64,000 nucleotides of DNA from Klebsormidium nitens. Its lineage: Eukaryota; Plantae; Klebsormidiophyceae. The stretch lies in assembly GCA_000708835.1 (NCBI GenBank), contig DF236981.1, forward strand, positions 186,001 through 250,000, read 5' to 3'. Under the pieces are notes generated by a model. It saw only the letters and a program-made list of their open reading frames with translations. It made no database searches and was not told the DNA's origin. Positions 11,486-24,228 of this stretch are shown here, in pieces. Every line of letters starts with the position of its first letter. Within the stretch, counting starts at the first letter, position 1. The position numbers were made by a program, and so were the translations under genes.

Positions 11486-14400
11486 CTAGTGCAGCCTTTG
11501 GAGCTCCTCTATCCGCTTGCTCAGGTCCTCGACGGTCGTGTCCATCTTCTTTGCGACCTCCTCCATCTTCTCCCGCCGCAGGTCCAGGAACTGTTCTATC
11601 AAGTCACCATCTAAGAAGTTTCTGGCTTCGTTTGTTTTCCGCTCGTTACTGAAGGACCTCCAGTGGTCGTGGCTGAACCCGCCCACGCCCTTGATCACCT
11701 GCAACGTGCAACGCGTGGAGTGAGAGCAGGTCATAGGATGACGGAAGAATATTGTTGCAAGCGTGTTCACTCAGCGTCTCGTGCCCACTCAACAAGACGC
11801 CTCGTTGAGTGGGCACGATGATCTCTTGCCCATTTGATGATCGTAGTGCCCCCCCATGAATCAGTCAGCTCATTCAATACTTTAATTTGCCCACTCCATC
11901 GGGCCAGCTCAAAGCGGCCGATATACACTCACAGGAAGCTGTCAACAAGTAAAGGGGCTTGAACCTTAAGCACCAATCGGAAACTAACGTAGTCTGGCAT
12001 TATTTCGGAGAGCGCCCGATTCGGCAGACCGATAAAGAGAGAACGCGTTTCAACAGACCGACTGGAGCCCTGCGGGACGGCGGACAAAGTCAGCACAGTG
12101 CCTAATACGAGGAGAAATGAATGATGAGACTCCAAAAACTGCAAGAACTTAAAAGAATTGAACAGGGAGCCCACCTCCGTCAAGCAGTTTTGCAGCTTGT
12201 GCAGGTAGGTGAATTGGTCCTGCGGCAGGCTGGCAATCACCCCGATCACTCCGTTCACCGTGCCGAAGATGACGGTGGGGATGTGCGCCGCCTCGCTGTC
12301 CGGCATTCGCATGACGAGCGACCCGGGCCGGAACCGGTTCACGAACTCGCCCAGGTGGAACTCCCCGGTCACCTCCAACCGGCCACGCTCCTCGTCCGAC
12401 GCGGCGTCGCTGTTCTTGCGGACTGCACGACCGGACTTCGAAGGTCAGATCGGTTGAGACCGCATCACCGCAATCACATCAAACAGAAACTGTGGTCCAA
12501 ATAAGTTGGCTTCGATCGATTCTGATTATGTTGGATCAAAGAGTCAGGTTCGATCAACAAAAAAAGGACGAGGTAAGACTGCGTTAAGAAGACGAAGGAG
12601 CAAAAGCCTCAGATATCTCGGAAATCTCGCTTCGTATAAAAGAAATTTTCGTCCGGAAGCCTCTTAGCCTAGAATTGATCGGAAGTGGCGGCTCGCTCAA
12701 AGGTAAAAGCCTCCAGAGCGAAGGCCACGAGACCGAGCGCAATCATTTTCCACATTGGAAACGCAGATTACAGCCAATGTCACGATGTCAGATGCCCGAA
12801 AGCTCGAACAACACAGGTTCCGTAACCCAGAAAGCGGCCTCAGAGCAGCACTTAGGAGGCGAACACAGACCAAAAGGGCCTTACCAGTGAACAGGTTGAA
12901 GCTGTTCTCGGCCCCCAGGTACACGTCATCGTCCAGCGCCTCGACCGCCGTCATCCAGTTGGCGTTGAAGTCACGCGCCCTCTCCTCAATCGCCCCCTCT
13001 TCCGGCTGCGCGAGATGCAGACAATAAACAACTTCAAGTACTGCCAAGCTGGAGGAAAGGACGACAGCAATTGCATCTCTAGATCGTCAGCTAGACAAGG
13101 AGCACGAATCAACAGAAAACGGTCACCTTTCGAGGCTGTCAATTGCACAGCAAGCTCGAGGGAGGCAAGCGCTACTGGCCAGGTGGCGATGCAGAGTGGC
13201 AGTACCTGGTCTGACCAGCGTTGCCCTTTCTTCTAAGACATTTCCCATACGCGCTATGCGCTTATCGACGTTCAACACACACGCAGCTTAAAGCAGCTGC
13301 TGTTGATAGAAAAGAGAAAGTCGTAAGATCAATATTCCGACTGCGCGTGCTAAATGTAACCAAACATCCAGACCCTCTCTAACCCGCAGCCCGTCAGCGA
13401 CACTTGGTACCTCCCCTGTGGTTTTCCCCGTGCATCGCATGCGAAGTCAGCATCGGCTTGAACATCAAAAGCCCAGCAAAACGTCGAACCCACAAACGGT
13501 TCCATCGCACAACTGAACACTCGCCTTGTAGAGCAGCAGCGAGATGCTCTTCATCAGATCACCCACGACGATAAAGTCGCCCCTCGTCACCACGTACAGC
13601 GCCAAGATATGTCCGTGATGACCGCACTCGTTCGTCAGCTCCCGCGAGCCGTCGTCTCTTTGAGTCCACTTGTACAGCTGGATCTTCTGGTTGATCCCCG
13701 CCAGGAGCTTCCCGTTGAACGGATTCAGATTGTAGACAGCGCCCTTGGTCTCTTTCTCGGCGACCAGGGAGAGCTTGCCGTCTTCCACGGCGAATATCAG
13801 GATGCGGCCCTGGGAAGCGGGAAAGACAGTTTATTATAAATTTGTCAAAGTTAGCATGAATAACCGCTCTGGGCAGGCTGACCATTTTTTGGATAATTGG
13901 CAGTGGTAGCTTGGATCAAAGTGAGGGTTTAAAGGTAAACAATTCTGGGTACCGATTGCGTCCCTTGAAGGCTAAGATGCGGCTGTGAAAGCGAGACCCG
14001 CTGTAGCGTGACAAAGGCGGTTAAGGATCAGCTTCCGGATCCCAAAAGATTCTTGAATGCCGACTTCTTGGGAGGGACTCTCTCTTACCCCGCGCCAGAG
14101 TCGCTTTGTTTCCGTCTCAAGTGGTCATTTAGCAGTTGCGGATAGAATCCGAACGAATGAGTCGAAAACGAGACACATCCTCTTGCACAGGCCCCATTGC
14201 AAGATTCCAAAATAAGGGTATCGACAAACGCCTGCTAAGCTCTCCCCCTCACTTTGCTGGCTCGATCTCGTACACCGAGTGTCTTCCTAAGATGAGTAAA
14301 ATTCAAAGCAAAGAGCAATGCAGACAATTCAGAAGCAAGACCAAGCCAGTGTGAGGACAAAGAGACACTAACCCTAACCAACTCAGACCAGGCGTTTCCA

Positions 14401-17400
14401 CGCTAAAGTTCTCCACCTCACCTTGGTGGGTTCGCTCTCCTCTGGCACCGCATACGCCGTCCCCACGCAGTAATACGTCGCCGGGTCCTCGCTGAACGAG
14501 CAGCTTATGATCGCGCACCCCTGCTCGTCCTTATCCAGCGCATACGACCCCACAACCTCGAACGTCTGGTCATCCACCAACCGCACAAAGTTGCTCTCGG
14601 GCTCGTCTCCGGAATTGATGCTGTTGTATTTCACGGTGATGATCCCGAAAGTGCGCGACGGCTCTTGGTGCGCGATGCGGCGCGCGTGCTCGCCGAGCGG
14701 GATTGTGCGGATGTGCAGCTTCTGGATGTCGTCGATGGTGCCGATCGTGAGCTCGGACTCCATGCCGATGGCGAGGCTGTCGGGGAAGGAGGCGCTGTTG
14801 AAGGGGCACATGTGGTTCACCTGAGGAAGGGGTGCAATGTAATCAGGAATAGAGGGACAAGTCGAGACAGGTGAAGAAAGGGGAAGAGCAAACAGAAGAG
14901 ATGAGGAGGAGAAGACCCGCCTTCGAAAGGACGAGCTGTTGAAGAGGCAAAAGCAGTTCACCAGGGGAAATGAACAGGAAGGGATGCAAGATCCAGCAAA
15001 CATCTGGAATGTCTCGTCAAAGAACAGAAAACCATGAAGAATCAGCAATCGACTGAAACGTCTGTTCATGGGACAGGAAGGGTTCAGCAATAGCGAACCC
15101 GGGAGAGCAATGTTCAGGACTTTACAACCTCAACAGAGGTTAAAGGTCGAAGAGATGAGGGCGATAAGTACGGAGCTTCGGAAGACATTCTTACGCAGAG
15201 GCTGATAAGAGCGGCGTTGAAATAGCGGCGAAGAGAGCAGCGCCATTAAGAAGGAGGCATCGACGAGGTCCAAGAGGTTCCATCAAACGACACACTGGAA
15301 CCAGAATAACTGGTCTCGTCGAGATAAAGCACAGATTGTTTCTATAAAAGTCTATGCCGCGTTTGCTGGACGCGCTGTAGCACACTCACGCATCCGCTTT
15401 CCTACCAAGCGAGCGACTTCAGATGAGGCAACGTTTCTGTCCAACCAGAGTATACCGGCCTCGCGCCTTCTCTCACCTCCTTGAGGTTGACGTTGCTGTA
15501 GAGCAGCTTCTGGTTGCTGGAGTAGATGACCGTCGGGCGGTCCGACGCGGCGAAGACGTGCGTGGCGCTCTTGGACTTGAACGTCTTGAGCGAGATGGGC
15601 TGCGTGCCGAGCGAAATCTTCTTGCGGTCGGTCAGCTCGCCACTGGCAGGGTCCACACGGAAGTTGAACAAATGACCGTCACCAAGGGCAGCTAGCAGGT
15701 ATGGCACCTGGAAAAGAGAAGGATTTGATTGATAAAAGCGCTTGACAGAATGCTGACGTCACTTGTCGTTTGTGACGAGCGAGATCTTCTTGCGGTCAGT
15801 CAACTCGCCGCTGCCGGGGTCTACCCGGAAGTTGAATACATGGCCGTCGCCCAAGGCAGCAAGCAGGTACGGCACCTAAAAAGGGGGGGGGCAAGTATGG
15901 GGTGAGTAGGAATTGACGATTTGCTGACGTCAATTGCTTTTTGTGCCGAAAGAGATCTTCTTGGGGTCGCTCAGCTCGCTGCTGCCCGGGTCCGCCAAAA
16001 AGTTGAACAAATGGCCGTCACCCAAGGCAGCTAGCAGGTATGGCACCTCGGGAACAAAGGGAGATAAAAGATTGTTTTCGCTACGAACTCAGAGCCGGGC
16101 TTGATGCAGAAGGAGGGGAAAGCGCAAAAAACAGCTTGAGGGTCGATAGGGGGCGAGAAGATTTACTTACACCGCGGATCAATCACAGCGGTCTATGAAA
16201 GCGAGAAAGCCCCAGATGATTGGATTCGCAGCGCCGAACCGCCCCTGGCACAATTACGATGCAATCACAGCTTGCAAGAGGAATCCTCAACTTCATCTCG
16301 ACTAAAGAGCGTGCTTGGATGAGAAACGGACTTTGAAAGTACACCTAAAAAAGACACGCTCCGCATTTGTACACCCGTACAAACCGACCTGGGCACCTCC
16401 GTTATTCAACATGTATCGAGCGAACCTGTCCGCTCACCCCCTCAAAGGCGCAGAAGAGCACGGAGCGCGGGATGACCTCCCCCCCAAGCGCCACTTTCGT
16501 TAGCGGCTCCATCCCCGGCACTGAAAACACGCGCACGCTCATGTCGGTCCACATGCCCACCGCCGCAAGATTCGCCGCCGCGCCATCCCCCCCTAACGGC
16601 GAAATGTCCAGGCACGAAATCTCGTACTCCAGCTTCACGTGCTTCTTCTCCTGCAGCTTTCCGGGCTCGACTTCGAGATAGACAAGGTTCCCGCCCCCCG
16701 TCGCGAGCAGGATTTGGGACGCGTTCGCGGCGGTCACGTTGATGGAGTGCTCCGGGGGGGCGTGCCACTCGTGGACGAGCTGGCGCGTCGGCGCGGCCGC
16801 GAGCTTCAGGGAGGATGACGTAGCCTGGAAGAGATGACGTCAGCGCACGGTCAGCAACCGAAAGAGGGTGAAGAAATCGGCTTCGCAGCAGTGACGTTGA
16901 TCGAGTGCTCCGGGGGCACGTGCCACTCATGGAGGAGCTGGCGCGTTGGCCCGGCAACGATGACGTGTCCCGGAAGGGAGGTGACATTATTGCGAGGGTC
17001 GGCCGATGGATAGCTTGACGACCTTTTAATTCGACACTGGACAGGTGATGTCACTTAGGGGAAGCGAGACGCGGAGCAAGAACCCAGCATTAGAACCGAC
17101 GGAAGATCGTGTTCCAATTCGGGGAATCGGAATCCAATAGAGCAATTCGAGGACAACGCTCATTAAGCAACCGCGCTCGGAAAACAGAAGCAGTTTACTA
17201 CCTACATGAGACGAGCATCGACCCCCTCTATGTCATGCAAAGCACCCAAAAATGGATGGAGAGCTTGCACCAACGAGCACTCTCAAGTACCCTGCGCTTG
17301 TGACTGTCCAGCGAAACTGTCTTTCAGCCCATCCCTCAACAAAAGTTCCATACTTGTAAACCTCCCGATCCCAGCAGCTATTCATACAATTCCCAAATGA

Positions 17401-20400
17401 ACGCAAATCGATGCAGATTCAAGAAGCGGAAACGCTGTCATGAAAGCCTCACGTACGGCCGCTGATCATGCACCACGTTCCCACAGAACAGCGTCTGCGC
17501 CTCTCCGTAGAACCCATAAAAAAACAAACTCCAACCGCATATCCCAAACCTCCAAGCGACCCAAACACAGACAACCCTGTAAATGATGTATCGCTTAACG
17601 CCAAACCAACCTGCAGCACCTGGTCGTGCACCACGTTCCCACAGAGCAGCGTCTGCGCCTCGCCGTCAAACCCTTGAAAATACTTGACCCCAACACAAAT
17701 CCCAAACCTCCGAGCAACCCAAACAAAGACATCAATGTGAACCATAAATTGCTTGACCCCGAACCCACCTGGAGCAACTGATCGTGCACCACGTTCCCGC
17801 AAAACAGCGTCTGCGCCTCGCCATCAAAACCCTCGATCTCCGTCTCGTCCAGCTCATCCTCCTCGTTGATCGCCAGGATCCTCGTCTCGCTGATGAACGT
17901 TACCACCAAGAACCGATCGTATGTGTCTTCGGACGCCGCGCGCAGCGACCACATGCCCTTGATACCTAGCAAGATTCGAAACGAACGACTCAAGAACACT
18001 CCCTCGCCAAGAAGTCAGCAGGAGGTAAACCAAAGGCATACAGATCCAACCAATGGAAGTGGTCCGGCGGAATCAATTGGAAATGACAGCGCGGAAGTCC
18101 GACTCTCATGTATTTCGTTGGTGCGCTGAACAGTGACGCCAGTCATAGTGACCGGAACGGGTAGAGTTCAGGGTTTGTATGGGTGCGGACTGCAGGAATC
18201 TCTGGTTCTGATATGAAGCTGACAAAGTGACTGTCATTGGGTTTACATTTACTGAACCGAGATGACTGAATTCGCAAACGCAACGCACCTGTCACACATG
18301 TCGACAAGGGGAAAGGGCCTGCGAATACTCTTGAAACAAAGAGAATAGGCCAATCATGCAGAGCTGTCTTCCATACCTGGCAGCTCGACGGTGGCCTGCT
18401 CGTTGATACCAATACCGTTCCGCACGATGCGCAGGGAGCCGTCTTTGAAGGCGCCACTGCAGGTCACGACTTGCCCCTGGCCCTGGCGCTCCAGGTCGAC
18501 GACGCAAAAGTCGACGATGGGACCCAGGTTCACGAAGCTCTCCAGAATCTGCAAAATTGGCGGATACGAAAGTGAACTCATGTTTCAGAAAAACGCTCAA
18601 GCCCTCGAAGTTCTCCAGAACTCGAAGGGGGTGGACCCGTAATCGCAAACCCTGGTTTAAGACCCCCTGAATAAACCTGTCCGGATGAGAACCTAGCTTT
18701 CACCATTTCACCAGATCCTGTGAACGAAGGATACTGTACTTAGAGGTCCATCTGCGCCCCAGGTCGATGCCAGACTTTACAAGGTCCTCCAAAGTTTCCG
18801 GGATAAGAGGCAACTCCACGTCAAGATGCCAAAGGATCCTAGCCCCCCGAATGGACCCCAGGTCTACCAGGATCCGCAGGCCTCACCTCGACGTACGAGC
18901 CATTGGCGTCGGGCGTGCCATTGAGTTTGACGAGCTGGCTGTCCCCGTAGCTGGAGCCCACGTAGACGACCGCGTTGTCCAGGTACGAGATCGTGCTGGC
19001 CGCTGACGTCACCCCGAGCTCCTGGATGTTCATGCTCAGCACCCTACAGGAAAGCAAGATCAAACACTGGTCAGAAGGGGCTCTAAAACCTTGTCTTCTG
19101 CGGGATGAGACACGCGGTTGGAGGTGATGGGATACATTCCAAGGAAAAAGCGACTCGTGAGTGGGGGACTTTTCAGAAACAACATCCGTGTGGAAATCGT
19201 ATCGCTCTGCCTCCGCAAACACCACGAATGAACCACGAAAGAACGACCGCATTTGTGAACAATCTCAGTAATCTTGGTCACAGGTGTACGATGTCGCGAA
19301 CTGGGTCTACCTTTCTTTGTCGTAGTCAAGTACGAGCAGGAAGAGGCGGCCCAGTGACTTGCGGAGCAGCGAACTTCGAAACAAACCGCATTCAAGGACC
19401 GACAAATTATCGGAAAAAAAACGTCGGAACGGAAAGGCCAAGTTAAATAGATGCCGACCCATCGTTGTCGTGGTTGACTAGCAAGAAGAGCGCGGCGAAA
19501 CAGTCAGAGAGCAGCGTCTGTCGCTGATACCTCTCGTTCAGTATCACCGCCAGAATCGGAGAATGACGCCGAAATGGAAAGGCTATCACACGATCCTCGA
19601 GAAGAATCTAGCAAGAAGAAGCAATGCTGACCTCTCCTTGTCGTCGTCGAATCGCAGGAAGAGGCGGCCGAGGTGATTGGAGAGAAGCGACTCTTGCAAA
19701 TACTTTCCAATCAGAATCACCGCCAGGAAAAAGATAAAGACGTCGAAACGAGAAGATGTCGAACTGAAGTGATGTCTACAAGAAAAACAAGCAAGAAGAG
19801 GCAATGCTGACCTCTCCTTGTCGTGATACAGTACGAGCAGAAAGAGGCGCCACATCTAAACAAAAAGCAAATCTTGTGAAACACCTACCAATCAGACTAC
19901 CTCCCAAAAAGAAGAAATAGTCAAAACGGGAGGCCCAAATGACGCGATGCTGACCTCTCCTTGTCGTGGTTGAGGACTAGCAGGAAGAGGCGCCCGAGAT
20001 AGTCGGAAAGCAGCCAGCGGGAGCCGTCAGGGTCGACGCGGCCGTAGGCCTTCATGCCCGACTGCGGGATGCGCAGCGTGCGCAGGCTGCCGCCCTTGTG
20101 GTACACGATCGTCTGCTCGCCCACGATGATCGCGCCGCCCAAACTGCAAAGGGATCACGACCTTCGAATTGCGGGAAGGTGGAGGAGTAATGAAAAGTGG
20201 GACTCAGATTATTATTGAGGTTCCAATCCTTTGGTTGGTATCCTAATACACTAATGTGTGCTCACCCCCAATGATCGCGCCGCCCAGGCTGCAAAAACTT
20301 AACTTTTCAGTAACTGTGCAGAGAGTGACTGGAGATTTTTAAAGAACACCCAGGAAGTGTGCAGGAATAGAGATTGACGACGAGGTAACTGTCTTGGTGA

Positions 20401-23400
20401 ATTCCGTGACTGGGCAGTTTTGGTGGTACCCAATCGTCCCGGTCGGCGATAGCCGTTGCCGCCCCGGCCGCGAAAAGGAATTGAGTAGAAGCCGTCCAAG
20501 AACACGTAAAAGAAGGGGTGCTCGAACCTCCTCTCAAAAGTCTCGATACCCGTGGACCCTTGGAAATCCGGTACTTCAGCTCCGCCGAGGACTCGCGGCC
20601 CAGAGCGCACGGATAAGTCAACAAGTGCCAACAGCATATCTTTGGGACATTGCAGGACTACCCAAGCTCGAGCGATTTGAATGGATTTCGCAAGATGTCA
20701 GATCCTGTCCACAACCACAAAAACGCTTTCGCACTTCACCTCGCTCCTACTGGGTCAGGACCGGCAACCCAACTTATGGGACAAGTTTTTGAGGGCGAAT
20801 GGGCGGCTTACGGTGTCGGAACGGGAATGATGAGGCAGGATCCCGCGTCCAGGTTGTGCTGGTTCCAGGGCCCGTCCACAAAGTCCTTGTCCTTCAGATT
20901 GACCTCGTATGTCTTCACGTGCCGAGAATCCTTGTTGTCCTGGACAAGAGCAAGATTAATTCCGGATCAGGATCTGAGCTGATGCAAGAAACAGAGTAGC
21001 TACTGAAAGTGAAGGCGTTTGATGCTAAAAGCAAAAGTCTCGAACGTTATGGTCAACTACCGATCATCACCGGTCGCCTGGAAAGGCATCCCTGATGAGC
21101 CCCGTACCAAGGTGACCTCTTGTCACTCAGCTGTTCTGGTTTTGATCAACCATTTCTCCAAGCGCGAAAGATCAACGGACATGTTAGGTCGAGGATGTAT
21201 CGTGCACGTAGACCACTAATCAACCAGACTAATCAAAGAAACCCGGATTTGCACGAACCCAGGCCTGATTACATGGCAGAATTTTTTTGGGACGGGCGCT
21301 TACCTGGAAGAGGACTGCGATGGTGGGCCTCGGGCAGCCATAGAGAAATTTGATGTCCAGGACCGTGAGCTCCTCCAGCCTGCACCAGACACACCGTGAA
21401 CGCTTGAGCCATCGGGTCGCGAGTTTGTGCGTCCGTTCCAGAGAACTCTGAGCGAAACATCGAGTCGATCGGAGCGCCAGGGCCCATTGGCCGGTAGCCG
21501 AAGCAGGAGGGAGACGCACGCGCTTGCGATATGAGAAGGCAGCCACTCATCGTGCCGCCCAACAGGAGAATTCCTCTCAGACGGGTGTGTCTGACATACG
21601 CCAGACAGAAGCAGAAGCCAAGCTATGTCTACGCTGCGACGAATTCAGAGGGAACAGGCTGCAAGCCAACATTCCGACAACCAGTACGTAGGAGGCAGAG
21701 AAGAGCGTCACCTGATGTTGAACGCCTCCTTGAGCTGTCCCTTGGAATCAATGGGGATGACCTTGAAGAGCCCATCATACAGGTGCAGCCCAATCAGGCG
21801 GTACTCAGGATCCACGATGCCAATCTGCAGCACAACGACGGCGTTCCATTCATATTTGTTTCTCTAACTTGCAGTACAAGACTTAAAGCATACACCATGT
21901 TGTCTTATTCCATGGAAACCTTGACTCTCAAAGCTCAAAAGCGACACAACGTCCTTCTGAACGACCGTGATGTCACCGGGCCTGCCAGAACGACAGTATC
22001 CTTGTGACAACGTGGAGAGCGGTGCAGATACCAGAAAAGGACATCAACCAAGCCAAACAGATGGCGCTCTTTCTGCTGCCAGCTCCTCTTTCAACCGAGG
22101 AACGACGTTCCCTGTTGTTGTATGGCAATATCCCATAGCCAGACATGAACACTGCTTCTAAGCAAAGCGCAAACATTTGTACGGCCAAGTTAGGTTAGCC
22201 CATGCGGATCTCTGCATGGGACCGCACTTGACATGCTCATCTGGGAGCTGGGCAAATGCAATGCAGGAGGAAAGTAGAGGTGAGTGAGAGCGCACCTGTC
22301 CGAGATCGCACGGCCGACCGATTCTGTCGGAGACGTCTCCCATTGCCCTGCAGAATCAGGCACTCTGCTTAGTCTGCTGGTGGTATTGGCACTGGGAGTA
22401 CGCAGACTCATGGCAACTTTCTTCAAGTAGAACCTTCTCAAAAAGGACCAAGTCGTTTGTTGACATGCAAAAAAGGACCAACAGAGGTGCCACCTCCCAT
22501 AACTTTACTTTGAAGGTCGTAGCACACATTTTGAAAAAAGTGGGGGGCTCACTTCGTGATAAGCTCGCCTCGGGCCGCATCCCACGAGAGAAGGCAGAAC
22601 TTGTAGCGCTCGGTAGCAATAAACAGCGACTGCTGGCTCTCCCCCTACAAACCATAGAAATGTTACTCAGGGAGTCAAGTGCATTGAGTTATTGAGTACT
22701 TTGACCTGCTGTTGCCTCCTTGTCGCCCCACGTAAAATAAGACGCGGCTTTGCCTAATCTGCTGTCCATAACAATCCGTTTTAGAGGGTTGCGGGGGAGC
22801 TTGGAAGAGATTGAGCCCTTTGTGCCCACTGCAGTTCCACCACAGCCATGAAGCTTTTTGTAAGCAAGAAAAGCTAAGTCCTGCCACCAGAATCAAGCTC
22901 CAAAGCTTCCAGCTCCAGCACTGTTGCTACGTCTCAAACAGAGTAAGCCCCGCCTAGACTTACTACTTGGCAATTAAATCCTCTCTACCCTCTGCTCGGC
23001 ACTGAAATACTTTCTGGGTGGGAAGCGTCACCAGCAGGCTGTTCACACTCACCGGAGGGCTGAAGAGCTCCATTGTAGCAATGCGCCCGTAGATTGGGAC
23101 GTCCATCAGGGGCTAAACACAGCAGAAAGCACACAAGTGAGCGCCAAGACCATATTACAAATCCCAAACCCAAGGATAGTGCACTGCATGAAACCACTGA
23201 GGATGCTAAATCTCTTGAGATTTTTCACGTTGCCTTGCCGTCCTAGGGTGGTGGAGAGTTACACAAAACATAGTACATACAAGAGAAAGATGGGCGTTCT
23301 TGTAGGAACGATTTGGTACCATCTGAGGATCTTAGCAACTACATGTAATAGAACTTGTCTGCCTGCGGAGCTCTCAACAACATACGGTCGCACCAAGTAT

Positions 23401-24228
23401 GTCCCACCAAGCTAAAGTGATTGATTCAACGCCCCAGAAAGAAAGAAGTTTCGTTGCAAATTTGCTGCAAAAAGCAAGATTAGAGTGGGCAAACAGCTTC
23501 CATATGACCATGTCTTTCCGCCACCACTAATAGGGCAACCAATGACCTTTTTATATTTCAGCCGCTGCCACTTGAGTTGGTGATGACAATTCCCGCCAAG
23601 CATCTGTGTAGAATCCAGACGGGCAAGAGTCTTACCTGAAGCCCCTGAGGCGTGAGGAGGTGAATCTCGATGCGCGTGCATTTTCTGACGGGTGGTAGTG
23701 CGTCAAGGAAAACTGGCTTCCTTTCTTAGGGGCCACAGGCACTTGCACAACATACTTACAAAGATTGAGCTATGCTAAGGACATTGGCTGCTGAATAAAC
23801 GCCCCACAAGCACAACCAGAATTATTGATTAGTATAGATGAGCAGACCTGGCAAAGCATAAACAGGTGAAGGGGACGCCGAAGTCCACCTAACTCTAGAA
23901 TGTCCGATTGATCAGAGCCACATGCAGGACAAAGTGCTTCACAAAGACACCATAAACCCTGAAAAGAAAGAATAACATGCAGACACCTTTTTGCGGAATC
24001 AAACTGAATCCATTTAAACCCCTGGAAGTTGCCCAGGTTGCAAGACTAGGTCACCTTTACCAAGAAACCACATTCAGAGACTCAATTGCAAGCATATAAC
24101 AGCAGCACCGCCTTGAGAGGATACGCAATGATCAAGTTCAGGTGTGTGGGGCTTGTGAAGTTCCCAACCGCAGAGTGGGTGACATTCGTCGGCTTATGAG
24201 CCGTCACTACGTAATTGTAGATCGACAT
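11486..24228 (-). CDS. DDB1: DNA damage-binding protein 1 (CUL4 adaptor), about 19 exons
   Basis: Exon translations give [145 protein letters not shown] and [13 protein letters not shown]...RIEELQRLH*. Confidence 0.98.
13006..13524 (-). other. GC-AG intron in DDB1
   Basis: Exon ends LLYK (AAG) followed by GCGAGT; the next exon [12 protein letters not shown] follows CAG in phase 0. Confidence 0.8.
15706..16050 (-). repeat. Two degenerate ~170-bp tandem copies of acceptor plus 5' part of the DDB1 [11 protein letters not shown] exon
   Basis: AG|GTGCC...[13 protein letters not shown]...KKIS starts at 15706 (functional), 15875 and 16046; periods 169 and 171 bp. Confidence 0.92.
16880..16975 (-). 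repeat. Degenerate copy of the 5' part of the DDB1 exon starting at 16824
   Basis: Copy encodes [23 protein letters not shown] versus real [23 protein letters not shown]; the acceptor AG is mutated. Confidence 0.85.
17448..17830 (-). repeat. Three ~158-bp tandem units: 3' end of DDB1 exon ([18 protein letters not shown]) plus donor
   Basis: Exon-like ends at 17769 (functional, GTGGG), 17610 (GTTGG) and 17453 (GTGAG). Confidence 0.92.
19305..19960 (-). repeat. Four degenerate copies of the DDB1 exon 3' end ([15 protein letters not shown]) plus donor
   Basis: GACAAGGAGAG|GTCAGCAT recurs with exon-like ends at 19955 (functional), 19812 and 19632; more decayed copies end near 19458 and 19311. 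Confidence 0.88.
20266..20288 (-). repeat. 23-nt copy of the 5' end of the DDB1 LGGAII exon bounded by TTGCAG and GTGAG
   Basis: GTTTTTGCAG|CCTGGGCGGCGCGATCATTGGGG|GTGAGC versus functional TTTGCAG|TTTGGGCGGCGCGATCATCGTG at 20143. Confidence 0.8.
23685..24124 (-). other. U12-type GT-AG intron, DDB1 intron 1
   Basis: Donor GTATCCTCT after LNLIIA; branch TTTTCCTTGAC (23712-23702) shortly upstream of CAG; phase 2 join to KCTRIEIH. Confidence 0.85.

Noticed and set aside
11811-11852. GGGCACGAT...ATCGTAGTGCCC hairpin with TGATGA as a possible snoRNA
   Set aside because: It is antisense to the host DDB1 intron and lacks a properly placed C/D box pair.
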